DNA of 64,000 nucleotides. It comes from Dehalococcoidia bacterium (GTDB taxonomy: Bacteria > Chloroflexota > Dehalococcoidia > DSTF01 > RBG-16-68-14). The translations under genes were made by a program, and so were the position numbers. The stretch spans positions 112,482-176,481 of the forward strand of contig JBBEBM010000004.1 in NCBI GenBank assembly GCA_040882355.1, in the 5' to 3' direction. The notes under the pieces are model-generated. The model ran no database searches and had not been told where the DNA came from. It was given only the letters and a program-made list of their open reading frames with translations. Shown piece after piece: positions 16,992-25,507 of the stretch. Every line of letters starts with the position of its first letter. The first letter of the stretch is position 1.

Positions 16992-17411
16992 CAGTTCGTA
17001 CCTGGTGCCGACGCTGGTCTGGATGAACGCGTCCGGCCCTCACCCCTGCCTACCAGCTTCCCCTCTCCCATTGGGAGAGGGGCGTGAGCTAGGAAGACGT
17101 TTCATGCAGCCGCCGACTCGGGGTGAGGGTCGCGGCGCTCCCGCCTCGAGCTTCGAGCCTCGAGAACCCGCCTACAGCTCGTACCGCGTGCCGGCGCTGG
17201 TCTGGATCCCTCACTCCTGCCCTTCGCTTCGCTCGAGGGCGGGCTCTGCCGGCATCCCCTCTCCCATTGGGAGAGCGGCGCGATCGAGGCGGGCGTTGCA
17301 TGGAGGCGCAGAGTCGGGGTGAGGGTCGCGGCGCTCCCGCCTCGAGCTTCGAGCCTCGAGGACCCGCTACAGCTCGTACCTGGTGCCGACGCTGTTCTGG
17401 ATGAAGGCGTC
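16989..17411. repeat. Two 183-195 bp units, each a copy of the MBL gene 3' end plus palindromes
   Basis: ctacag(t/c)tcgtacc...ctggat at 16989, 17172 and 17367, separated by ccctcac...ccctctcccattgggagag...ggggtgaggg and heptamers. Confidence 0.85.
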
Positions 17412-18353
17412 GGGGAGGCAGGCTGCCAGCGCGTGGATGGCGCGCCAGCCGGTGCAGTGCGCGGGCACCAGCACCTCCGGCGCCAGCGCGGCGAGCGCCT
17501 CGCAGGTCGCGCCGATGATCGGCTCGAAGAGGGGGCCGTTCAGGTGGAAGCCGCCAATGACTGCATAGACGCGCTCGACGCCGGTCAGCTTCTGCGCGTA
17601 ACGCACGATGTTGACGACGCCGGCGTGGCCGCAGCCGGTGAGCACGACGAGCCCCTTGTCGCGGACGTGGAGGATGGCGGCCTGGTCGTCGAGGATGAGT
17701 GGGTCGGGCTGCCAGTCGCCGTCGCGGAACGCCTGGTGGATCGGGAAGCCCTTCTCGAACTCCGTCGTGCGGTCCACCTCGCCCGTGATCAGCAGCGAGT
17801 TGTCGAGCAGGAACGACGGCTGCCGCTCCTCGATCACCTCGAAACCGGCGCCCTGCAGCGCGGACTTGCTCGTCGAGGGCAGCTCGAACGGGTCGCGCCC
17901 GGGGATGGCGATCCGGCGTCGCGACCAGAACTCAGGGTGGATGATCACCGGCAGGTTCGGCCGGCCGAGCGCGCGTACCAGCCCGTCGAGGCCGACGGTG
18001 TGGTCGAAGTGGCCGTGGCTGAGCACGATCGTCTCGAAGTCCTTCGGCGAGAGGTCGAGGCGGCGCATGTTCTCGACGAGGCCGTCGGGCGTCACGCCCG
18101 CGTCGAAGAGCACCCGATGCTCTCGCCTGTTCTTCGTGACGCTGATCAGCGCCGAGAAGCCGTGCTCCGCGAGCAGCGCCTCGGTGACCTCGCCCGCCTC
18201 GAGCAGCGGCGCTCGCACGCGCGGCGGCCGCACCGTCGACGCGAGGCCGACACGCTTCGCCGGGCCCTGGTCCAGCAGCAGGCTGTCGGTCACGTTGTCG
18301 ACGAGGACGGTGATGTGAACGGAGTCGACCGGTTCGAGATGGATCGTGGTCAC
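17367..18353 (-). CDS. MBL-fold metallo-hydrolase, MJ0301/DHPS-like family
   Basis: ITVLVDN, AEHGFS, LSHGHFDH, TGCGHAG, IGGFHL, PAHCTG; AAGGAGG RBS. Confidence 0.9.
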   Translation of the reverse strand: MTTIHLEPVDSVHITVLVDNVTDSLLLDQGPAKRVGLASTVRPPRVRAPLLEAGEVTEALLAEHGFSALISVTKNRREHRVLFDAGVTPDGLVENMRRLDLSPKDFETIVLSHGHFDHTVGLDGLVRALGRPNLPVIIHPEFWSRRRIAIPGRDPFELPSTSKSALQGAGFEVIEERQPSFLLDNSLLITGEVDRTTEFEKGFPIHQAFRDGDWQPDPLILDDQAAILHVRDKGLVVLTGCGHAGVVNIVRYAQKLTGVERVYAVIGGFHLNGPLFEPIIGATCEALAALAPEVLVPAHCTGWRAIHALAACLPDAFIQNSVGTRYEL

Positions 18354-18448
18354 TGCTCTACCTCCTTACCAGGATATGGCGCGGCTTTGCATGCCAAACG
18401 CCGCCCGTTCGAGGGCCGAACCAGCGACTAGCAACTAGCGCGCGACGG

Positions 18449-19807
18449 TCAGTACTCGCTCACACCGGTGAAGGTCCACCCTCTGATCTTGAGCGCGGGC
18501 ACCCGGCTGACGCCGATGATCGCCTTGCAGAGCATCGAGGTCTTGCCGATCGCCTCGACGTTGTTCATCGCCTCGAGGTAGCTCTGGGTGAAGCGCAGGT
18601 TCCTCACCGGCGAAGTGATCTTGCCGTCCTCGATGAGGAAGGTGCCGTCTCGCGTCATGCCCGTAACGACGACGTTGAGCGGGTGGACGGGCCGCGTGTA
18701 CCAGAAGCGGCTGACGAAGACGCCGCGCCTCGTTGAGGCGACCATCGACGAGATGGTCGCCTCGCCGGTGCCGAGGAACATATTCGATGGCACCGGGCCG
18801 AACGTGTTGCCCGAAGGCAGCGCGTGGCCGGTCGACTCGCGGCCCCGCCCGTCCGGCAGGCGGGCGTCCTTCCCCGCGGTGTAGCTGTCCCAGACCACCT
18901 CGCGCGCGATGCCCTGTTCGACGAACGTCACCTTGCGCTTGGGCACGCCCTCGAAGTCGAACGGGTTGGGCACGCTCTCCGGCGAGAGGCCGTCGTCCCA
19001 GATCGAGATGTTCTCGCCCATCACCCGCTCGCCGATGCGCCCCGACATGAAGCTGCGCTTCTCCTGGAACGCCTGCGCCCCGAACGACAGGTACATGAAG
19101 AAGTCGAGGATGTCGGTGACGGCGTACTCCTGGAAGACGACGTCGTACTCGCCGGGCGCGAGCTCGACCTGCTTCACGTTGCGCAGCGCCTTGTCGACGG
19201 CCTCGCGCGCAACCTCCTCGCCGTCGATCTCGCCCACGTCGGTGCTGATGCGCTCGGCGTGCCCGGAGCCGTTCTCGCCCATGATCACGGTGTTGATGTC
19301 GGCCAGCGTATCGCAGTGATAGGCGGAGATGCCGAGCGAGTTCGCGACGGCCATCTCCGCTGTCGCCGTGCGGAAGGCTCCCGCCGCGACGAGCCCGGCG
19401 CGCGAGGCGGCGTCGCAGACCTGGGCGACGACGGCGGCGCGCTCCTCCGGGCCGGTGCGGGCCGTGCGCTCGACGTAGGCGTCGGCGTGGGGGACCGGGC
19501 GCGGCCCGGGCAGCGACAGGAAGTCGGGGTTCTCTTTCTGGTGACGGGCGAGGTCGCGCGCGCGGTCTACGACGGCGCGCAGCCCTTCGTCGGAGAGGTC
19601 GTTGCTGGAGGCGACGCCGATCTTTTTGCCGACGACGGCGCGCACGCGCACGTCGGCGTCGCTCTGCTCGACGTTCTGATGGATGTAGTTGTTGGCGAAG
19701 CGGGTGAGGGCGCTGTTCGGCGCGAAGATCACGACCTCTGTCTGGTCGGCCTGGCTCATCGAGAGCACGCGGTCGCAGATGTTCTTCAGCTCAGTCTCGC
19801 CCAGCAT
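18449..19807 (-). CDS. TldD/PmbA family protein (PmbA/TldE-like partner)
   Basis: LTRFANNYIHQN, FDFEG, STGHA, TGMTRDGTF; lacks HExxxH. Confidence 0.9.
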   Translation of the reverse strand: MLGETELKNICDRVLSMSQADQTEVVIFAPNSALTRFANNYIHQNVEQSDADVRVRAVVGKKIGVASSNDLSDEGLRAVVDRARDLARHQKENPDFLSLPGPRPVPHADAYVERTARTGPEERAAVVAQVCDAASRAGLVAAGAFRTATAEMAVANSLGISAYHCDTLADINTVIMGENGSGHAERISTDVGEIDGEEVAREAVDKALRNVKQVELAPGEYDVVFQEYAVTDILDFFMYLSFGAQAFQEKRSFMSGRIGERVMGENISIWDDGLSPESVPNPFDFEGVPKRKVTFVEQGIAREVVWDSYTAGKDARLPDGRGRESTGHALPSGNTFGPVPSNMFLGTGEATISSMVASTRRGVFVSRFWYTRPVHPLNVVVTGMTRDGTFLIEDGKITSPVRNLRFTQSYLEAMNNVEAIGKTSMLCKAIIGVSRVPALKIRGWTFTGVSEY

Positions 19808-19810
19808 CTG

Positions 19811-20584
19811 TCAGTCCTCCTCCGGCACGTAGGTACGGTAGTAGCCGACCTGCTCGAATCCCATCCGGCGGTAGATCGGCTCGCCCATCTCGGATGCCTG
19901 CAGGTTCGCGATCGCGCAGCCGGCGGCCGCGCCCTCGTTGAGCGCGTGGCGCGTCATCGCCTCACCGAAGCCGCGCCGGCGCGCCTCCTCAACCGTCGCG
20001 ACGTAGTAAACGCCGGCGACGCCTTCGGTAAAGACGAGCTGCGACGTGGCGACAGGCCGCCCGTCCCGGTAGCCGACGTAGCCGCGCCATTCGGGCGCCT
20101 CGATCAAACGCGGCGTGAAGACACCGGACAGTGTCGTCGTCTTCCACTCGAATCCCTCCGCGACGACCGCCGTGTGGTCGCGCAGCGTCGCTTCGTCGTC
20201 TACGAGCCGGACCGTGAGCTCCGAGACACTGGCATCCGCGCGCAGCGGGCTCAGGGCGAGGCATGGAATGCCGCCGTGCCGCTGCAGGCCCCATTCCGCC
20301 AGATCGTCCTCCGAAGGCGCGGGCGCCCCTTCGAGAAAGCGGAGGCGGAACGGCAAACCGCGATCGCGGAAGTAGGCGGACACCTCGGACAGCGTCTCGA
20401 CCGGGCGCTCCGGGCGCTGTTGCAGGAAGACGTTGTTGAACGACCGCATGGGCACGCTCGACGCCGCGATCGTCAGGCCGTCGCGCTCCCAGCACTCGCC
20501 GCCGTCGCAGGCGGACGCCCAGACCTGGGTCGCGCACACCAGGTTCGCGTCCGCGCCCGCGACGAGCGCTTCCGCCGTCATCAT
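19811..20584 (-). CDS. GNAT family acetyltransferase
   Basis: VATVEEARRRGFG, LQASEMGEPIYRRMGF. Confidence 0.88.
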   Translation of the reverse strand: MMTAEALVAGADANLVCATQVWASACDGGECWERDGLTIAASSVPMRSFNNVFLQQRPERPVETLSEVSAYFRDRGLPFRLRFLEGAPAPSEDDLAEWGLQRHGGIPCLALSPLRADASVSELTVRLVDDEATLRDHTAVVAEGFEWKTTTLSGVFTPRLIEAPEWRGYVGYRDGRPVATSQLVFTEGVAGVYYVATVEEARRRGFGEAMTRHALNEGAAAGCAIANLQASEMGEPIYRRMGFEQVGYYRTYVPEED

Positions 20585-20694
20585 TGCGTGAACTCGTCCC
20601 ATGTGCGCGTCCCGCCCCCGTCCAACAACGGCGCAACGGTGCGCATCGACTGAATGTAGTTGGCGTCGGCCACGGCCGCGAGGTCTTCAGTCAT
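20581..20694 (-). pseudogene. 37-aa 5' stub of a paralogous GNAT
   Basis: MTEDLAAVADANYIQSMRTVAPLLDGGGTRTWDEFTQ* aligns with MTAEALVAGADANLVCATQVWASACDGGECW; ATGA-coupled at both ends. Confidence 0.6.
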
Positions 20695-21539
20695 GCGATG
20701 CTGTCGAGCTTGAGCACGCGCTTTGCGTTCTCGATGAGGATCTTCTGCTTGACCGCCTCGTCGAAGCCGAGGGCGTCGAAGTCGCTCAGCCAGCGTTCCG
20801 GGCTGATCACGGGGTAATCGGAGCCGAACATCACCTTGTCCTGCACCAGCGTCTTCGCGTACTGCACCAGCAGCGGCGAGAAGTACTTCGGCGACCAGCC
20901 CGAGAGGTCCATGTAGACGTTGGGCTTGTGGACGAGCATCGCGAGCTGCTCGTCCTGCCAGGGGAAGCTGGGGTGGGCCATGATGATCGTCAGCTCCGGG
21001 AAGTCGGCGGCGACGTCATCGATGTGCGGGATGGGTCGGGCGTATTTGAGCTTGATCCCGCCGCCTCCCGGCCGGCCCACGCCGACGCCGGTCGTCCCCG
21101 TGTGGAAGAGGACGACCAGGCCCAATCCCTGGGCGACCTCCCAGAGCGGGTAGAAGCGCTCGTCGTTCGGGTAGAACGCCTGCTGCTGCGGATGGAACTT
21201 GAGGCCGCGCAGCCCCAGCTCCGTCGCGCAGCGCTCGACCTCCCGGATCGCCGCGCGCCCCTTCCACGGATCGACGGACGCGAAGCCGGCGAACTGCTTC
21301 GGGTAGCGTTGCACGACTTCGGCAATGTAGTCGTTCGGGACCGGCGGCGCGCCGCTCGCCGTCTCAGAGTCGATGTGGAAGAGCACGCCGAAGATGTCGA
21401 GCGAAGCGTAGTAGTCAGCCATCTGCTCCGCCGTCTCGTGGGCGAGGGCCGAGCGAAAGTAGGCGCGCACGGCCGGGTCGCTCACGAGCGACGCGTGGCC
21501 CGGCGCCGGCGGATGGATGTGGACGTCGATGGCGCGCAT
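20691..21539 (-). CDS. Amidohydrolase family protein (Amidohydro_2)
   Basis: IDVHIH, GLKFHP, FHTG, MAHPSFPW, FGSDYP. Confidence 0.9.
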   Translation of the reverse strand: MRAIDVHIHPPAPGHASLVSDPAVRAYFRSALAHETAEQMADYYASLDIFGVLFHIDSETASGAPPVPNDYIAEVVQRYPKQFAGFASVDPWKGRAAIREVERCATELGLRGLKFHPQQQAFYPNDERFYPLWEVAQGLGLVVLFHTGTTGVGVGRPGGGGIKLKYARPIPHIDDVAADFPELTIIMAHPSFPWQDEQLAMLVHKPNVYMDLSGWSPKYFSPLLVQYAKTLVQDKVMFGSDYPVISPERWLSDFDALGFDEAVKQKILIENAKRVLKLDSIA

Positions 21540-21931
21540 CAGGCGTCCCGCCTTCGCTTGCCGCGCTCAGTCTCAAGCTCATGCAGGCGAGCGTCGCTGA
21601 TGCCGAAGTGGTGCGCGACCTCGTGGATCACGGTGTCGCGCACGCGCATGACAAGGTCGTCGTCGTCGCGCGAGTGCCGTTCGAGCGGGCCCTGGAAGAT
21701 CGTGATCCGGTCGGGCGGCACCATGCCGTAGGCGGAGTTGCGCCTGGTGAGCGGGACACCCTGGTAGAGGCCGAGCAGCGTGCGCCCCGGCCCGAGCCCA
21801 AGCGACGCAAGCTGCGCCTGCGAAGGCCAGTCCTCCACCTGCACGTCTACGTTGTCCACGCGCTCCGCGATCGCCTCCGGCAGCTCGTCGAGCGCCCGGC
21901 GCACCAGCTCCTCGAAATGCTCGCGCTCCAC
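21539..21931 (-). CDS. Zincin-like metallopeptidase (Zincin_1/DUF1025)
   Basis: LLGLYQGVPL, PDRITIF, TVIHEVAHHFG; start GTG 21931 or ATG 21943. Confidence 0.9.
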   Translation of the reverse strand: MEREHFEELVRRALDELPEAIAERVDNVDVQVEDWPSQAQLASLGLGPGRTLLGLYQGVPLTRRNSAYGMVPPDRITIFQGPLERHSRDDDDLVMRVRDTVIHEVAHHFGISDARLHELETERGKRRRDA

Positions 21932-21984
21932 AGCGATATCCATCTTAGCAGGCGAGAGCAAGATGGAGAGGGCGTTTCCGTCGG

Positions 21985-22374
21985 TCAACCGGTCAGCTTG
22001 ACGGCGCGCAGGCCGGCCACGCGGTCGAACTCCGGGTCCTTGTGCACGAGCTCGGCGTCGTGCATGAGCGCGAGCGCCGCGATCCAGGCGTCGGCGAGCG
22101 AAAGGCCGCCGCCCGCCTTCACTTCGGCGGCGCGGCGGCGCCAGGCGGGCGCCGACTCGACGATCGTAACGGGCCACGCCTCGACTAGTCTGATGGCGGC
22201 GAGCGCTTCCTCAGCCGGGGCGTCCCGCAAGACTCGGTAGTGGAACTCCATCAGGGTGATGAACGCTAGGAAGACCTCGTTGCTGTCATCCAACAACAGA
22301 CCCGTGACGGTCTCGTAGCCGGGCTCCTGGAAGAAGACGGCTAGGACTGCGGACGTGTCGAGTACGTACGCCAA
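21985..22374 (-). CDS. vapC: VapC family PIN toxin
   Basis: YVLDTSA, TLME, SLADAWIAA, HKDPEF. Confidence 0.9.
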   Translation of the reverse strand: MAYVLDTSAVLAVFFQEPGYETVTGLLLDDSNEVFLAFITLMEFHYRVLRDAPAEEALAAIRLVEAWPVTIVESAPAWRRRAAEVKAGGGLSLADAWIAALALMHDAELVHKDPEFDRVAGLRAVKLTG

Positions 22375-22703
22375 CGGCGCTCCTCGTCGGCTTCGAGCTC
22401 GCGCTCGCGCACCCGTTCAGCCTGTCGCTCTTTCATGAACTTCTCAAAGGTGTAGCCGGTACCCTTCAGGAAGCCGACGGCCGCCTGTACTGGGTTCTTC
22501 GGTATTGGCATCACGTGGATCACCCCCTCGCGTACTTCCCAGCGCAGGCGGGTGCCGTGCTCGATGGCGAGCGCGTCCCGGACCTGCTTCGGGATCACGG
22601 TCTGGCCGCGCTCGTAGACGCCGGAGGTCTCAGGCTCGGTGTGCCCGGGCGTCTCCTCCGGCGGAGAGCCGGCGTCGTACTTGGCGCGTCTCTTTCGTGC
22701 CAT
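22341..22703 (-). CDS. AbrB/MazE/SpoVT-type antitoxin
   Basis: ERGQTVIPKQVRDAL motif; overlaps vapC. Confidence 0.88.
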   Translation of the reverse strand: MARKRRAKYDAGSPPEETPGHTEPETSGVYERGQTVIPKQVRDALAIEHGTRLRWEVREGVIHVMPIPKNPVQAAVGFLKGTGYTFEKFMKERQAERVRERELEADEERRWRTYSTRPQS

Positions 22704-22712
22704 GGTACGACG

Positions 22713-22768
22713 ATTGTAGCAGTGTCAGACGGTCGTGTCAAGCGTCAGTCTGATTTGATGTTGGTCAG
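22713..22768 (-). promoter_or_regulatory. Consensus sigma70 promoter with GTCTGA operator repeats for the TA pair
   Basis: TTGACA(22741-36)-17 nt-TACAAT(22718-13), 9 nt before ATG; three GTCTGA/TCAGAC copies. Confidence 0.75.
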
Positions 22769-22777
22769 ACGACGTGC

Positions 22778-24220
22778 CTACTGCATGATCCCGACCTGGA
22801 CGTTGCGGAAGCGGGCGGGCGCGGCGCCGTGGCCGGTGTGCGCCACCTGCTCCGGCTGGCCCTTGCCGCAGTTTGGAGTGCCCCAGACGACCCAGTCGCC
22901 GGGCCCGCAGACGCCATCGCAGGAACCCCAGAAGCGAGGCGTGATGCCGGTGTACGTCGCGTTCTTGAGGAGGTCGCCGAGCTTGCCGTTCTTGATCTCG
23001 CGCCCGATCTCCGTGCCGAACTGGAAGTTGAGGCGCCGGTCGTCGATGCTCCAGCTCCTGTTCGTCTCCATGTAGATGCCGTCTTCCGTGTCGGCGATCA
23101 GGTCAGCGAGCGACCAGCCGCCCGGGTCCAGGCTGACGTTGGTCATGCGGATCAGCGGAATGCGGTTCCAGCCGGACGCGCGCATCGAGCCGTTGCTCGT
23201 CTGGCCGAGCGCCGTCGCCGTCTCCCGCGACGTCAGGTAGCCGACGAAGGTACCGTTCCGGACGATCGGCGTCGAGTGAGCGGGCACGCCCTCGTCGTCA
23301 TAGCCGAACGTGCCCAGGCCGCCGGGGATCGTCGCGTCGGCGGTGATGTTGATGGCGGGCGAGCCGTAGGCGAAGCTACCCAGCTTGTCGACGGTGAGGA
23401 AGCTGGTGCCCGCGTAAGCCGCCTCGGTGCCGAGCACTCGGTCGAGCTCTATCGGGTGGCCACACGACTCGTGGATCTGGAGCGCGACTTGCGTGCCGTC
23501 CAGGATCACCGTGGTGACGCCGGACGGGCAGGGCTTCGCGCGCAGCAGCGCCGCGGCCTCCTCCCCGACGCGCTGGGCGTTGCCGGGGAGGTCCCATCGC
23601 TCGACGAACTCCCAGCCTTCAGTGCCCTGGTGCCGCCCGACGCTGTTCGGATACGAGCGCCGCTGCACCTCGCCTTCGTCGACGGCCGTCGCTTCTAGGC
23701 CGCAGCCTGTCTCGACGAGCGTCTGCTGGATCTCGCTGCCCTCGCTGCTGACGAAGAGCTTCTCATCGCGCTGGCAGTAGCAGCTCGCCTCCGCCATCAC
23801 GATCCCCGGCGTCCTTGTCATCCCCTCGTTTGCGCGAAGCAGGAGCGCGATCTTGTCGTCGAGCGAGACGGCGAACGGGTCCTGCACGACCGGCGTGGCG
23901 TAGCTGTCGACGTTAGCGACGGACGGGCCGAGGTCGGCTGGAGTGCCGCGCACCGTCGCGGACGCGCGGGCGATGCGCACCGCTTCGGCGGCGACGCGGT
24001 CCGCCTCATCCATGGTCATGCGATGGCTGCTGGCGAAGCCCCAGTAGCCATCGACCGTCACCCGCACGCCGAAGCCGATCGACTCGTCGTAGGTGAGGCC
24101 CTCGACGTTCTGGAGGCGCACCGTCACCGACTCCGCCTGCTGGCGCAGCACGCGCACGTCGGCGTAGCCGGCGCCCTTGCTGCGCGCGGTGTCGAGGGCG
24201 CGGAGGGCGAGATCACGCAT
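22778..24220 (-). CDS. tldD: TldD metalloprotease
   Basis: IHESCGHPIE metal motif, GYDDEG, RMTN, NCGKGQP. Confidence 0.92.
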   Translation of the reverse strand: MRDLALRALDTARSKGAGYADVRVLRQQAESVTVRLQNVEGLTYDESIGFGVRVTVDGYWGFASSHRMTMDEADRVAAEAVRIARASATVRGTPADLGPSVANVDSYATPVVQDPFAVSLDDKIALLLRANEGMTRTPGIVMAEASCYCQRDEKLFVSSEGSEIQQTLVETGCGLEATAVDEGEVQRRSYPNSVGRHQGTEGWEFVERWDLPGNAQRVGEEAAALLRAKPCPSGVTTVILDGTQVALQIHESCGHPIELDRVLGTEAAYAGTSFLTVDKLGSFAYGSPAINITADATIPGGLGTFGYDDEGVPAHSTPIVRNGTFVGYLTSRETATALGQTSNGSMRASGWNRIPLIRMTNVSLDPGGWSLADLIADTEDGIYMETNRSWSIDDRRLNFQFGTEIGREIKNGKLGDLLKNATYTGITPRFWGSCDGVCGPGDWVVWGTPNCGKGQPEQVAHTGHGAAPARFRNVQVGIMQ

Positions 24221-24859
24221 CGGCCTGACTCCTGCTGAACGAGGCTCGGTCGGCGAACGTCGCGCCGCCTTCGGGCATCATATCCGCGCGGACGCTGGTG
24301 TCAACGTCACGCGCGCGTTGGTTCATCCGTCCCGCGCCCAAGTTGCAGGGTTTGATTGACCAGGCCGTTTGGCAAAAACGCCTCTTCGACAAGCTCAGGA
24401 CAGGCCATTCTCAGCGGGTGACGCCCGAAGCTGGCCAGGCCCGGAGCGCCCGGCTGTGAGTCTGAGCGGTCGTTTGATTGATCGCTGCGCCGACCAGGAC
24501 CGCGGGCCGCGTTCGGTCTGCGGCCGGCAAGCGTTCCGCTTCATTTCGTTTCGCAAAAACGCCTATCTGCTGGACATAACGTCGATCGATGTCCGGCAGC
24601 GAGTCTGCGAGAGACGCGCTTACCGGCCTCCTCCTACGAATAGTCATCGAGGGCCAGGGTAAGGGCGGGGCAGCAGAGCGCGAAGGCGGGGATGGCGCGG
24701 GGGCGCTGCTCCCACTCGTAGGTCCCACTCGTAGGCTGAAGTCCTTGACGCCGCTGGAGCGGTCGCAGCGCCCTGGCCAACTAGGCTTCGAAGCAGTCTG
24801 TGGTGGGTGGGCGTGCCGTCTCTTTCGTCGGAAGCTTCACCTCAAGAGCATGAGGCAGG

Positions 24860-25303
24860 CTACTGGCCGGGTGTCGAATCAGGGAGGCTGTCCGTGACGA
24901 TGAACTCGTCACCTTTCTGCTCGATTATGAGCCTCTTTCCCGAATCATTCCACTCCCCGCACGACGCCGTTCTTCTATAGACCTCGCGTCCTCCCTCTTT
25001 GACGGTGATGATCACGGGGATCGGTCTGTCGTCCACCTGATCTCTGGCCCCCCCGCCACAGTCCCTCCCCCAGTCTGCACTCGACTGCGGTTTTAGTTCT
25101 TGCAGGCAGTTGGCCGCTGCCGCGTCTAGTGGTGGTGACGGGTAGTAGCAAAGGGGTGCGTCAGTACGGTTGTCCAAGTTGAATAACACCTCTCCCTGAT
25201 GGAAGGGGAACCAGCCACAGCCAGCGACAATGACCGTCAACGGCACCAGCAGAGTCGCGAGGCACCGCCGTGCCCACCTCGCGGCGCCCCGGGCGGAACT
25301 CAT
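24860..25303 (-). CDS. Hypothetical lipoprotein
   Basis: Lipobox IVAGC, AGGAG RBS, four further Cys, lower GC. Confidence 0.6.
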   Translation of the reverse strand: MSSARGAARWARRCLATLLVPLTVIVAGCGWFPFHQGEVLFNLDNRTDAPLCYYPSPPLDAAAANCLQELKPQSSADWGRDCGGGARDQVDDRPIPVIITVKEGGREVYRRTASCGEWNDSGKRLIIEQKGDEFIVTDSLPDSTPGQ

Positions 25304-25507
25304 GGCGGAGCGGCTCCTAGACCGGCTTGTATCACTTGTCGTCAGCCCCATCGGCAATAGGATAGCAACGCTGCCTTTCCCGCCAGGTTGGTGGTCGTGC
25401 CGTTATTATCGACCACTTGCGTGCGCCTGCGCCTGCGCATCGGCGTCTGGCTGCGATCGGGCGGCGGCGCAGGCGTGGCTGCGGGCCTGTGTGGTTGTAC
25501 TCAAACG

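Noticed and set aside
16989-17411. Possible CRISPR array
   Set aside because: Only 2-3 units of 183-195 bp, the intervening parts resemble each other, the repeat is a gene end, and there are no cas genes
16989-17411. Possible DGR template/variable repeat
   Set aside because: Differences are not adenine-specific, are mostly synonymous, and no reverse transcriptase is in the window
18824-20653. 609-aa plus-strand ORF, and similar long ORFs at 11059-12414, 14634-16019, 17319-18431, 52982-54142 and 61847-63163
   Set aside because: Antisense shadows of well-supported genes, expected at high GC; no motifs
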